The notes below the pieces were generated by a model. It had not been told where the DNA came from. It worked only from the letters and a program-made list of their open reading frames with translations, and searched no databases. Source: an uncultured delta proteobacterium (GTDB lineage Bacteria; Desulfobacterota; Desulfobacteria; Desulfobacterales; B30-G6). Taken from it: a DNA stretch of 64,000 bases. Position 1 is the first letter of the stretch, and every line of letters begins with the position of its first letter. The position numbers and the translations under genes were made by a program. Of the stretch, positions 10,995-20,078 are shown in pieces. The stretch spans positions 64,001 to 128,000 of the forward strand of contig CAWGLD010000002.1 in the NCBI GenBank assembly GCA_963823335.1. The letters run 5' to 3'.

Positions 10995-11684
10995 ATGTCG
11001 GCCAGGAAGATGCACATAATCGAAAAGATACCTTTGGTGTTGCCCCTTGGAGAAATCAGGCGCCAGCTTCACCTGAAAAAGGACACACACTGGGATGAGG
11101 TCAAAGCTCTCATCCAGACAGTACTGCCGGATATTCAGGCCAAGGCAGTATACCGGGTTTGCTATATCGATGAAAAGCGGGACGATAGTATCGGCATGAA
11201 CGGGGTGCGCTTCAGAAGCCGGGTGCTGGCAAAAAACCTGTCAGAGGTGGAGCGGGTGTTCCCGTTCGTTGTCACCATCGGGAGCCACTATTTGGCGCAG
11301 GCCGACACGCAAAAGGATCTGGTAGTGAAATACTATCTCGACGTGATAGGCAACATTGCCCTGAGTAGCGTGCGAAAATATCTCGAACAATCGTTGCAGT
11401 CAAGGTATGGTCTCGAGGGCATGTCCTTCATGAGTCCCGGATCATTGGCGGATTGGCCTCTGGAAGAGCAGCGACCCCTGTTTACCCTGTTTGGAGACGG
11501 AAAAACCCCCATCGGTGTGTCCCTCAACAGCAACTGCCTGATGATCCCAACAAAATCGGTGTCCGGTATCTATTTTCCCACTGAGGTCCCATTTGTCAGC
11601 TGCCAGCTTTGTGACCGCAAGGATTGCTCTTCCCGAAAGGCTGCCTATGATCCAAAAATTGAAGCGGAATTTGGTGTGTCATAG
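10995..11684 (+). CDS. Stand-alone B12-dependent methionine synthase activation-domain protein
   Basis: FVVTIG, MSPGSLADWPLEEQ, LMIPTKSVSGIYF, C-terminal CQLCDRKDCSSRKA. Confidence 0.75.
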   Translation: MSARKMHIIEKIPLVLPLGEIRRQLHLKKDTHWDEVKALIQTVLPDIQAKAVYRVCYIDEKRDDSIGMNGVRFRSRVLAKNLSEVERVFPFVVTIGSHYLAQADTQKDLVVKYYLDVIGNIALSSVRKYLEQSLQSRYGLEGMSFMSPGSLADWPLEEQRPLFTLFGDGKTPIGVSLNSNCLMIPTKSVSGIYFPTEVPFVSCQLCDRKDCSSRKAAYDPKIEAEFGVS

Positions 11685-11952
11685 AACAACCTGTCGGTTG
11701 CCGGTTATTTGCTGATCACGTTTGGCTGAACCTGATATATGTTCTTCGCGGCTTACTGCAACGACCTCTTATTTACGATATTGATGGTATAGGAATGACA
11801 ATCAAGTATCTATACAGCAATACGGGAACAGAAATAGTGACGGAATCCAAGAGCCGGGGATGCGAAACTTGGGCTATGGTGTGATAAAAAAACTTAAACC
11901 AATTATTGTACGAATATACTATAACCTGCAAAAAAAATAACAATAATGTATT

Positions 11953-12654
11953 GTGCGTATGTGTACACAAAGCAAAATATGGGTGATCGGGGACAGCCAT
12001 ACACGGGCATTTTCATTTAATGACAATTTTATTCCTTTTTATATCGGTGAAGGAAAAGAACACTGTTTTTTAAGTGATCAACGCCTGTCTGATTTAATTT
12101 CAAAGGTGTTACATATTGTTAAAGAGGTTGTCGCTCAGGATTCGATCATTCTCTTCTTGGGAGAACCCGATACACGTTTCTATCTAGGAAGTGGATGGAA
12201 ACCTTGGAAAAAAAAATATAGATTTCCTATTATTAGAGGAAGATCGAAAATTAAAAAATCGTTCAAACGGTATTGTCAATTAATCAATGAGGTAAAGAAT
12301 AAAACAAATGCTAGATTATTGATATTAAATATTACGCCATCCAATAGAAAAGATCAGAATAAATTGGTTAATTATTTCAATCGGCTATTGTCGAAATATT
12401 GTTCGAAAGAAAAAGATGTGGCGTTTATCGATATAAATACAACTATTTATAATCCAAAAACAAAAACCGTCAGAGAAGAGTATTACGGTGATCATGTGCA
12501 TTTAAATATGAAACTTCAAATGCCTGTTGAAAAATGGTTGGTAGAAAAGGGAATTATTGAACGATCATTTTATGACGAAGAAAATACAATGGGCAAGAAA
12601 AAGCTAAAGAAAAACTTTAAGTATAATGAGAGATTTGGGTGTTATACTTTATGA
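11953..12654 (+). CDS. AT-rich hypothetical protein, SGNH/GDSL-like
   Basis: IGDSH at N-terminus, GEPDTR, DHVH near C-terminus; markedly AT-rich. Confidence 0.55.
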   Translation: MRMCTQSKIWVIGDSHTRAFSFNDNFIPFYIGEGKEHCFLSDQRLSDLISKVLHIVKEVVAQDSIILFLGEPDTRFYLGSGWKPWKKKYRFPIIRGRSKIKKSFKRYCQLINEVKNKTNARLLILNITPSNRKDQNKLVNYFNRLLSKYCSKEKDVAFIDINTTIYNPKTKTVREEYYGDHVHLNMKLQMPVEKWLVEKGIIERSFYDEENTMGKKKLKKNFKYNERFGCYTL

Positions 12655-13008
12655 TGATAATATGCCATCATTTTTATTCTCTTTCAGCAATTGTGAACCA
12701 TAGTGACGTCTGAATTGTGTGGATGCATATTTTTCTAGTTTCCAGTCAGGGACGCCGCAGGCAGCGCAGGCCCCATTGAACCATTTGTTTCGAAGCCACC
12801 TAGCCGCACGGCTGTTTCTGGAGTTATTTACCATAAATGTTTTATTGCAATGGGTCGTGATACGGGCCTGGTCACCCATGATATCGATGGATTTGATACC
12901 ATGAAGGAGACCGCTTCTGGCCGGCCAGAGTTTTATCTTCTCTATCAAGCGGAAAAGCTCGACCCGTTTACGGTAAAATCGTTTGGCTGGTTTTTTTTGC
13001 TTTTTCAT
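12649..13008 (-). CDS. pylSn: Pyrrolysyl-tRNA synthetase N-terminal subunit
   Basis: IEKIKLWPARSGLLHGIK, TTHC, NSRNSRAARWLRNKW, C..C.VPDWKL; ATG 13008 (MKKQKK). Confidence 0.92.
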   Translation of the reverse strand: MKKQKKPAKRFYRKRVELFRLIEKIKLWPARSGLLHGIKSIDIMGDQARITTHCNKTFMVNNSRNSRAARWLRNKWFNGACAACGVPDWKLEKYASTQFRRHYGSQLLKENKNDGILSS

Positions 13009-13094
13009 TCGATAATCTACAAATATTTCAGAAAGATTGACGATCGCCCCGGTGACCGATCTCGGCCCTGGCTTCCTTGACCCCTTCATTTTGA

Positions 13095-13958
13095 TCAACG
13101 CTTTTGAAGATGATCGAAACGAACATATGGGATTAAAACACCTACCACCATGGTTGCCACACCGATCTGAAGCGGGTCGTGAAGGAGTCTGTCACCGATG
13201 ATGTCCAGTGCTGACCTGTCAAGACCCAGGGGCATACCGGGAGCACTGATGATTGTATCGGACCTGATATGCTGCGCCAGAATGAAATTGCTTGCCGGGG
13301 ACGCATCGATCATGAGCTCATGTTGATGTAATGCCGGGTCGAGGTCGTGCAAATACTGAATCCCAACATCCGGGTCGTTCTTGAAATCTGCTGCCAGCGT
13401 TTCATATGCCGCGGGTTCGATGTCGTAGACAGAGATACGGCATCCTGTTTTCACCAGAGTTTTCACTGCGCTCTGCCCCACTGGCCCACATCCCAGGACA
13501 AGAACCTTGCGATCCTTCAAACACCCTGCCATGAGGTGCAGACCTGTCGCGAAACCCCTGCCGGTTGCATCGGCATTGTCCGCGAGTCTGCGCTGCTGCA
13601 TGTCAAGGGCCACAAAACGATCTTCATCGGCAAACATGAGGATGTCGGCCTTTTCTTCCACAGCTTCGGCGATACCGGAAGCATCTGTTTCCCGGGTGAC
13701 AAAAGCTCTGCAACCGATATGGTTGACAATTCCGGCCACGGTTTCACAAAATCCTTTTAGTACACCGTCACCCGATGTCATGGGTATCACACCGACAAGC
13801 GCATGTTCCATGGACGCCCGGATCTCTTTTTCGCTTACCTCCATTGCCCGGCAGGCAATCTGCCGCAGGGTGCAACCGGTCATTTTCATCAGCGATGATT
13901 CGTATGCGGGCAGGCTCTGGGCAATGCCTTGAATATTCTCCGTGGTCAGTCTGGTCAC
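13095..13958 (-). CDS. pylD: Pyrrolysine biosynthesis dehydrogenase
   Basis: MTRL, VIPMTSGDG, TDASG, ADEDRF, DNADATGRG, GCGPVG, HDPLQIGVATM; pyl context. Confidence 0.92.
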   Translation of the reverse strand: MTRLTTENIQGIAQSLPAYESSLMKMTGCTLRQIACRAMEVSEKEIRASMEHALVGVIPMTSGDGVLKGFCETVAGIVNHIGCRAFVTRETDASGIAEAVEEKADILMFADEDRFVALDMQQRRLADNADATGRGFATGLHLMAGCLKDRKVLVLGCGPVGQSAVKTLVKTGCRISVYDIEPAAYETLAADFKNDPDVGIQYLHDLDPALHQHELMIDASPASNFILAQHIRSDTIISAPGMPLGLDRSALDIIGDRLLHDPLQIGVATMVVGVLIPYVRFDHLQKR

Positions 13959-15145
13959 CTGAAGGATCCTTCCAAAAACAGGGATTGCTGGTCACCCCTA
14001 TGATCGATCGGGGTGGGATTCCTGTAGGTGTCGAGCTTGAAAAAGCGCATAATGTCGGCAATGACAGATTCCCGCTTTTCCCATGCCGCAGTTCTGCTTT
14101 CTGCGGAAATGATCAATGTTGCCACCCAATCCTTTCCATGATCCGACTGGCAGGTGATGGCTTCGTCGGCACCGAAAAAATTCTCGACCAGATGGAGAGG
14201 TCCTGCGAGGGCCATAGCGTGTTCACCCGTGACAGTCAATGTATCACCCCTGACCTTGATATGCTCGTACACGACGCCTCGCTGGGTAGAAGCCACTCCA
14301 TTGTGTGTGGCCTGGCAATGTTGCTCCGCCAGCAACTGGAGCATGTTGACACCGGTGGAGGCCAGCACGGTTATAGGGGTCTGACTGGGCAGGCGGGCAT
14401 CGATTTCAAGGACTCTCAGGATATCATTGTCTAAAATAACTTCTATGTCCATCAATCCCCTCAGGGTCAGAGCTTCGGCCGTGGTGGTGGCGATGCTTTC
14501 GAAATCCCCAATCAATTTCCGGGAAAGGCCTGAGGGTGCAAGCACTCGCTTGCAGTCAAAAAATGGATCCACTTCAATTTCGGTTACCTGAAGGGGACAA
14601 TAGTTTCCCGGGTAACCGATGATTTCCAAGGAGTATGAGGGTCCATGGACAAATTTCTGAATGACCTGCTCCTCCTGTGCCGTTGCAAGATGAGATTTGA
14701 GTTGTTTCAAGTCGTGGATAACACAAATTCCGTGACTTCCGCTGCCCTGACTCGGCTTTACGATGACGGGAAAACCGCTTTCGGGATAGGAAGTCGGTGT
14801 GGGGATGTGAATTCCGGTGAGCAATTTGTCTGATTCAATCTTGGAGGAGGTGACGGCATAGGCATCGAAATCGAAAAGAATTCGCCTCTGGTCATGTTGT
14901 GTGAAATTTTGAAGACACCTGAGGACGTCATGGTTTTCCAGAGCCGGTATGACCAGGTCAAACGGCTGCAGCAAGCGCTTCAAGTCAGTTTGGGAGGTAA
15001 TCTCGGCAAGCAAGAACTGCTGGCAGAGACCCGACGCCGGTACACCGGGCACCCTATCGATTATGGTCACATCCCAGCCGGCTTTTCCGGCCAGATATGC
15101 AGCTTCAACCCCTTGAAGTTTTCCACCGATGATCGCTACTTTCAT
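13955..15145 (-). CDS. pylC: 3-methylornithine--L-lysine ligase (ATP-grasp)
   Basis: IIGGKLQGVEAAYLA, DCKRV, EIDARLPSQTP, GEH. Confidence 0.92.
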   Translation of the reverse strand: MKVAIIGGKLQGVEAAYLAGKAGWDVTIIDRVPGVPASGLCQQFLLAEITSQTDLKRLLQPFDLVIPALENHDVLRCLQNFTQHDQRRILFDFDAYAVTSSKIESDKLLTGIHIPTPTSYPESGFPVIVKPSQGSGSHGICVIHDLKQLKSHLATAQEEQVIQKFVHGPSYSLEIIGYPGNYCPLQVTEIEVDPFFDCKRVLAPSGLSRKLIGDFESIATTTAEALTLRGLMDIEVILDNDILRVLEIDARLPSQTPITVLASTGVNMLQLLAEQHCQATHNGVASTQRGVVYEHIKVRGDTLTVTGEHAMALAGPLHLVENFFGADEAITCQSDHGKDWVATLIISAESRTAAWEKRESVIADIMRFFKLDTYRNPTPIDHRGDQQSLFLEGSFR

Positions 15146-15179
15146 ACCATATCCCAACACAATAAAACTACCCGGGGGC

Positions 15180-16022
15180 TTAAATATTTAAACGGATGCC
15201 ATCTAGATAAGCCAGGCTTCGGCCGAACCTGGCAAGATTCTTGGATTGATGGGATGCCATCAGGAGGCGTTCGAGGCCGAAACCGATTCCGATCCAGGCT
15301 TCATTTATTTTCCATGGCCGATCCAGTGGGTGGGGTCCCATGGCAGCAGAGGCGATTTCCAGATCCTCTTCCCCGGCCACGATATCCATGGTGTCGCCGT
15401 AGACTTCCGACGTCACGGTTTCAAAACGATAGTTTTTCACGCCTGCTGCCGTGGCCACACGTGAGCCCAGATCCTGGATTCTTTCTTTGCGTTTTTCTTC
15501 AGGTGTGCCCATTTCCACCAGGTTCAGCATGGTAAATTCACCGGCATGCTTTGCTCCCTTGGATTCTTTTCGGAAGCAGGGGCCGATTTCAAAGATTCGC
15601 ACAGGCCGTTCCCAAACGCGGAGCAGGTCGACCAGAAGGTAGTAGAGATGCGGCGCCAGCATCGGACGCAGGCATTTATCGTCCTGGAGCCAGAATATCT
15701 GGGAATTGAGCGGGTGTTTTGAATCGATTGACATCTTATTCAAAAGCCCCCTGGACATGATGATGGGGGTCGTTACCTGGGCAAAACCGATTTGCGTCAG
15801 CATTTCTGCGAGGTCGTTTTCAAGCCGGCATAGTTCAGGACGACCCTGTCTGGTCTGAAATTCAGCCAGTTGGTGTCGCTGCGTCATTACGAGGGATTTT
15901 TCCAGCGTTTGATACGCCTTATCACGAGCGGGTTCATCATCGAAGATCTTCTTCAACGTCGTGTCCGGGGCATTCAACGCATTCAATCGCTGTGCCTGTG
16001 TTTGGGTCCAAAATATTGGCAT
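15180..16022 (-). CDS. pylSc: Pyrrolysyl-tRNA synthetase catalytic subunit
   Basis: CLRPMLAP, FEIGPCFRKES.G..H..EFTMLN.VE, VYGDT, GFGLERL, YLDGIRLNI. Confidence 0.95.
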   Translation of the reverse strand: MPIFWTQTQAQRLNALNAPDTTLKKIFDDEPARDKAYQTLEKSLVMTQRHQLAEFQTRQGRPELCRLENDLAEMLTQIGFAQVTTPIIMSRGLLNKMSIDSKHPLNSQIFWLQDDKCLRPMLAPHLYYLLVDLLRVWERPVRIFEIGPCFRKESKGAKHAGEFTMLNLVEMGTPEEKRKERIQDLGSRVATAAGVKNYRFETVTSEVYGDTMDIVAGEEDLEIASAAMGPHPLDRPWKINEAWIGIGFGLERLLMASHQSKNLARFGRSLAYLDGIRLNI

Positions 16023-16110
16023 GGTTTTAAGTGTTACGTTTTAGGTTTTAGGTAAGCCACGAGCTGCGTGCTAAAAGCCAATGTCATCCAAAGGATAAAT
16101 GACTTTAAAA

Positions 16111-16184
16111 TGGCGGGGAGTACGGGAGTTGCACCCGTCTATGTGGATTTAGAGTCCACACGATCTCATTGCGATCCACCCCCC
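16111..16184 (-). tRNA. pylT: tRNA-Pyl (anticodon CUA)
   Basis: GGGGGGT-G-GATC-GCAATGA-GATC-G-TGTGGA-CTCTAAA-TCCACA-TAG-ACGGG-TGCAACT-CCCGT-ACTCCCC-GCCA: 6-bp anticodon stem, 3-nt variable loop, CUA anticodon, no TPsiC; directly upstream of pylSc. Confidence 0.95.
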
Positions 16185-16274
16185 GCAATAAGGCTGTGAC
16201 GCTTGGCGGCTATGATATTGTGAGGCTGTTATTGGCTGTCCACTATGATAGCAGCCTTCCAACCTCCTGGCTCA

Positions 16275-16916
16275 TTAGCCTGCTAAAAGTTCCTTAACCT
16301 TGCGTACACCGTCGCTTGCATCCTGGGCATAGGCATCGGCACCGATTCGATCTGCCCAGCGCTGGGTTACGGGGGCACCGCCCACGAGGGTCTTGTATTT
16401 ATCCCTTAACCCGGCCTTTTTCAAGGCCTCTTCGATTTGTTTCTGCACGGCCATGGTGGTGGTCAAAAGGGTGCTCGATCCGATAATGTCGGCCCCGAAT
16501 TTCTCAGCCTGGTCAATAAAACGATCGATGGGGGCGTCCCTCCCGATATCCAGTACATCGAAGCCATTGGCTTTGAACAATGCCACGACAATGGTTTTTC
16601 CAATATCGTGTACGTCGCCCTCTACCGTGCCCACCAAAACTTTTCCTGATACCGTTCCCTTACCGCCTGGGATGGCTGCATTGATGATTTCTGTGGCTTT
16701 TTCCATGGCCGAAGCGGACATGACCAGCTGGGGCAGAAAAAGTCTACCGGTTTCGAAAAGATCGCCCACCTGATTGATGCCGACGATAAAACCGTTGTTC
16801 ATCAGGTCCAGGGGATCCATACCAGTATCGATTCCTTTTTGGGCGGTGTCAACGGCTTTGCCGGCATCACCTTTCAGAATGGCCTCCACGGCTTCCTGGT
16901 AAATTGTTTCAGACAT
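16275..16916 (-). CDS. Methylamine-type corrinoid protein (MttC/MtbC family)
   Basis: GTVEGDVHDIGK cobalamin motif, VGGAPVT, IGAD.Y; ATG 16916 with RBS. Confidence 0.9.
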   Translation of the reverse strand: MSETIYQEAVEAILKGDAGKAVDTAQKGIDTGMDPLDLMNNGFIVGINQVGDLFETGRLFLPQLVMSASAMEKATEIINAAIPGGKGTVSGKVLVGTVEGDVHDIGKTIVVALFKANGFDVLDIGRDAPIDRFIDQAEKFGADIIGSSTLLTTTMAVQKQIEEALKKAGLRDKYKTLVGGAPVTQRWADRIGADAYAQDASDGVRKVKELLAG

Positions 16917-17265
16917 GTTACGTTCCTTTCTAATACGGGTTAGGAGAATTGAAATATCATTTTCGTTAAAAGACAAAGAGATCTGCCCGGTATGCCTTGA
17001 GATATGCCATACAGTAATCATCCAACCCATTGGGTCCGGTAAAACTAAGTCATTTTTTTGAAAAAGCCAAGACATAAAATATGGAACAATGCAGGTGTAT
17101 TGATTGTTCTACAAACCGCATGCGTTTCAAGTTCTAAAAAATAGGTGTATGCTTTATAGCTGTTGTCATAAGCATGTTCCGTTTGACTTTTGACTGACGG
17201 TATTTGCCAAAGCTGTTTCGGAACGTTATTCTGGCAAACGTTATAAACTGATTACAGCTCAGTGC

Positions 17266-19278
17266 TTACCGCTTACCGCTGAATGCCATACCCGGTCTTC
17301 CAAGGGCCGTGAATGTCAATTCGGTTTCAAGAAATACCTCTTTGTTGCTTTTGGCTTTGGCCTTCTTTTCTTTTCGGATTACCTGAATCTGAACATGTTT
17401 GGCACCGGACTGACGTGCTTTTTCCTCTGCCAGGGGTATCATGTGGCGGTGTGCATACGTGACAGCTTCTTCTACACCATCAAAATCCCTGGGACTGATG
17501 GGAGAAAAAAGTCGCACTTTCTGGCTTCCGCTGATGGGTCGGATGCGAACCCTGATGCGCAGAACCGTCTTGCCGCTGACGGCGCCGACAGCATTGGCGA
17601 CCTCTGCAAATTTAGGAATTGAAAGCCCGGTCTGTAAGATATCCGCTGCCATGGGCAGATAGGCTTTTACAGGTGCTCCAAGGGCGACGATGGAATGCTT
17701 TAATCTGATTTCAGGGATAAGTTTCCCTTCGCGGTTTTGTTCGAGCGCCTTTTTCAGCAGAAACCCGTCACCTGTTGCTGGTTTCCAATCAGATTTTCCG
17801 ATTTCATCCCTGATGGCCTTGGATGCGATGGCGGCGGCGGTCTGCCTGGAAACGGTTTGCACAACCTGTCTGCAGAATGCCTCTGTAGACAATCCCAGAC
17901 GGGCGGAAAGAAGTTTCCCGGCCAGGCGCGATGCCTCTGCATGCCATTCCTGGAATCGGCCGAGGGTATGAAGCGCATCCGTGGGAGTGAAACCCGCAAG
18001 TTGAACCAGACCGGTTTCTATCAGCTGTTGGATGCGCCTCGAAATCCACGGATCCTTAAAGACAGCAGGGGTCGTGAGAGCCGTCAGGGGGAGAGGGCCG
18101 TTTTTCAATTGTGCCAATAGCCTTGCGTCATTTTCAGAAGGTCTGGCTTTGATTGTTTTCCCCGGGAGCAGGAACTGGGCTGTACCCGAATCCGGTTTGT
18201 TTGAACAAATCTGGGCTTTCAGCTCCGCCAGGATCTTGTGCGGGTATTCGCTGGCCAGTTTGCAAAGCGGTATGACGCGATCGGGTCCGATGACCAGCTG
18301 ATTTTCGGAAGATATCCGAACATGGCTGTCCCCCCCGAGCCCAACGGTGTGGACATCTACGGCCTCAACCATGGTCCGCCATCCACCGATACAGGCGCCT
18401 TCAGGATTGAGCGACGGCAAACCTTCAATGAGCTCGACAATGTCGGTGGTGGTTCCACCCATGTCCACGGCCCAGATGTTTTTTTCCCCGCTGAGTTTCA
18501 GGGCGCCCAAAGCGCTTGCTGCCGGGCCTGACAAAACCGTTTCGATGGGGCGCTTCACAGCCCAATCCGCCTTAACCAGACTTCCATCTCCCTTTACCAC
18601 CATCAGCGGCGCCGTAATGGACAAGGCTTTCAAAGTGGTACGGACATTGGAGATCAGATCTTGTATGATGGGAATCAGTCTGGCATTCAGGGCCACTGTT
18701 GTTGCCCTCCGGATCGCATCCAGACGTGTGGAGAGTTCATGGCCGCAGGTCACTGGAAGATCTGTAAGATCTTCTATCTGTTTTTTTACCCTTAATTCGT
18801 GCTCTGGATTGAATGCACCAAAATAGCCCGAGATCCCAAAAGCGCTGACCTTTTTGCGCCATTTTAGAACGGTGCTCCTGATGGCATCTTCATCCAGAGG
18901 TTGGCGCGCGATGCCCTGCTGGTCATGCCCGCCTTGCAGATAAACCACATTGGGTGTCCCGAGCGCGTGCTGGAACCGGTATTGATGAATCAGGTCCCGG
19001 TCATACCCTATCAATAAAAGACAAACGGGAACGCCGTACCCTTGGGCAATGGCGTTTGTCGCCAGGGTTGTGGACAGGCCGACAAGGGAGATTCTTTGGG
19101 GGGCAATTGTTTTGTGTCTGATGGTCGAAACGGATGTGACGGCTGCGTGGATACCAACGGAGAGATCCTCATGCGTGGTAAAAGATTTGGCACTTGACAG
19201 GATTTTACCGTTCTCGTAATTCACCAGAACTGCATCCGTGTATGTCCCGCCCGTGTCGATACCCAATACAATTGCCAT
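17266..19278 (-). CDS. Hydantoinase/oxoprolinase family protein
   Basis: GIDTGGTYTD, LSTTLATN, LSGPAAS, DMGGTTTD, GLGGDS, ANAVGA. Confidence 0.85.
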   Translation of the reverse strand: MAIVLGIDTGGTYTDAVLVNYENGKILSSAKSFTTHEDLSVGIHAAVTSVSTIRHKTIAPQRISLVGLSTTLATNAIAQGYGVPVCLLLIGYDRDLIHQYRFQHALGTPNVVYLQGGHDQQGIARQPLDEDAIRSTVLKWRKKVSAFGISGYFGAFNPEHELRVKKQIEDLTDLPVTCGHELSTRLDAIRRATTVALNARLIPIIQDLISNVRTTLKALSITAPLMVVKGDGSLVKADWAVKRPIETVLSGPAASALGALKLSGEKNIWAVDMGGTTTDIVELIEGLPSLNPEGACIGGWRTMVEAVDVHTVGLGGDSHVRISSENQLVIGPDRVIPLCKLASEYPHKILAELKAQICSNKPDSGTAQFLLPGKTIKARPSENDARLLAQLKNGPLPLTALTTPAVFKDPWISRRIQQLIETGLVQLAGFTPTDALHTLGRFQEWHAEASRLAGKLLSARLGLSTEAFCRQVVQTVSRQTAAAIASKAIRDEIGKSDWKPATGDGFLLKKALEQNREGKLIPEIRLKHSIVALGAPVKAYLPMAADILQTGLSIPKFAEVANAVGAVSGKTVLRIRVRIRPISGSQKVRLFSPISPRDFDGVEEAVTYAHRHMIPLAEEKARQSGAKHVQIQVIRKEKKAKAKSNKEVFLETELTFTALGRPGMAFSGKR

Positions 19279-19370
19279 GGCATGTGCTTTAAAAGGATGT
19301 CGGAATGAAAGTCAAGTGGTTTATGCTGAGTTGATGATTCCCCGCCGTTTTCAGGGCAGGAGAAAATGGT

Positions 19371-19590
19371 TTACACGATTTTCGCCGGTATGGGTTTGCG
19401 CAGCTTTACGGGTTTGACCTGATGCTTGCGGATTTTCATGTTGAGAATTTCAACGACTATCGAAAACGCCATGGCAAAATAGATGTATCCCTTGGGGATA
19501 TGCAGATCCAGTCCTTCTCCCACTAGGGCGATGCCTATGAGCAAAAGAAAGCTCAGCGCCAGCATTTTGATGGTCGGATGATTATCCAGT
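19371..19590 (-). pseudogene. C-terminal remnant of a TerC-family membrane protein
   Basis: HPTIKMLALSFLLLIG..L..EG....IPKGYIYFAMAFS..VE.LN; no N-terminal part upstream. Confidence 0.75.
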
Positions 19591-20078
19591 TCATGTGACA
19601 TATCCTTTATCGATGACATATTTTTTTTCAAAAGAGTAGGAATAAATATATTACCTGCCAATATTCCCTAACAGTCTCAATCTTGGTCAACCCATACGGC
19701 TTTGCCGATTAGTAAATCAAATCATGGCGATATTCAACCAACAATGCCAATTGCGCCTGGTATTTTTTTCTCATCAACGAGTGATGTAATTGGTCGATTG
19801 AAAGTTCAAACAATTGTATTGCTTTATTTCCTCGGTCTATCGAAGGTAGTGTATCAATCTAACTATCTAAAATAACAATGTATACTAAGATAAAATTCCT
19901 AACCTGTCTCTTGCTAAACCGAAAAGGATCTGTTACCATCACACCTGTGAAGAAAGGATTCTTACTGTTTAAAGATTTGAGCAATATGGACCAAGATTCC
20001 CTGTAACTTGCTGCAAAGTTCTTCAATACTTTCAACAACGTTGACAAGAAAGTGTTAAAAGAAAAAGGAGGTGATTTC

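Noticed and set aside
16985-17015. Sigma-54 promoter upstream of the corrinoid gene
   Set aside because: TGGCAT is present but the -12 GC is misplaced by one base.
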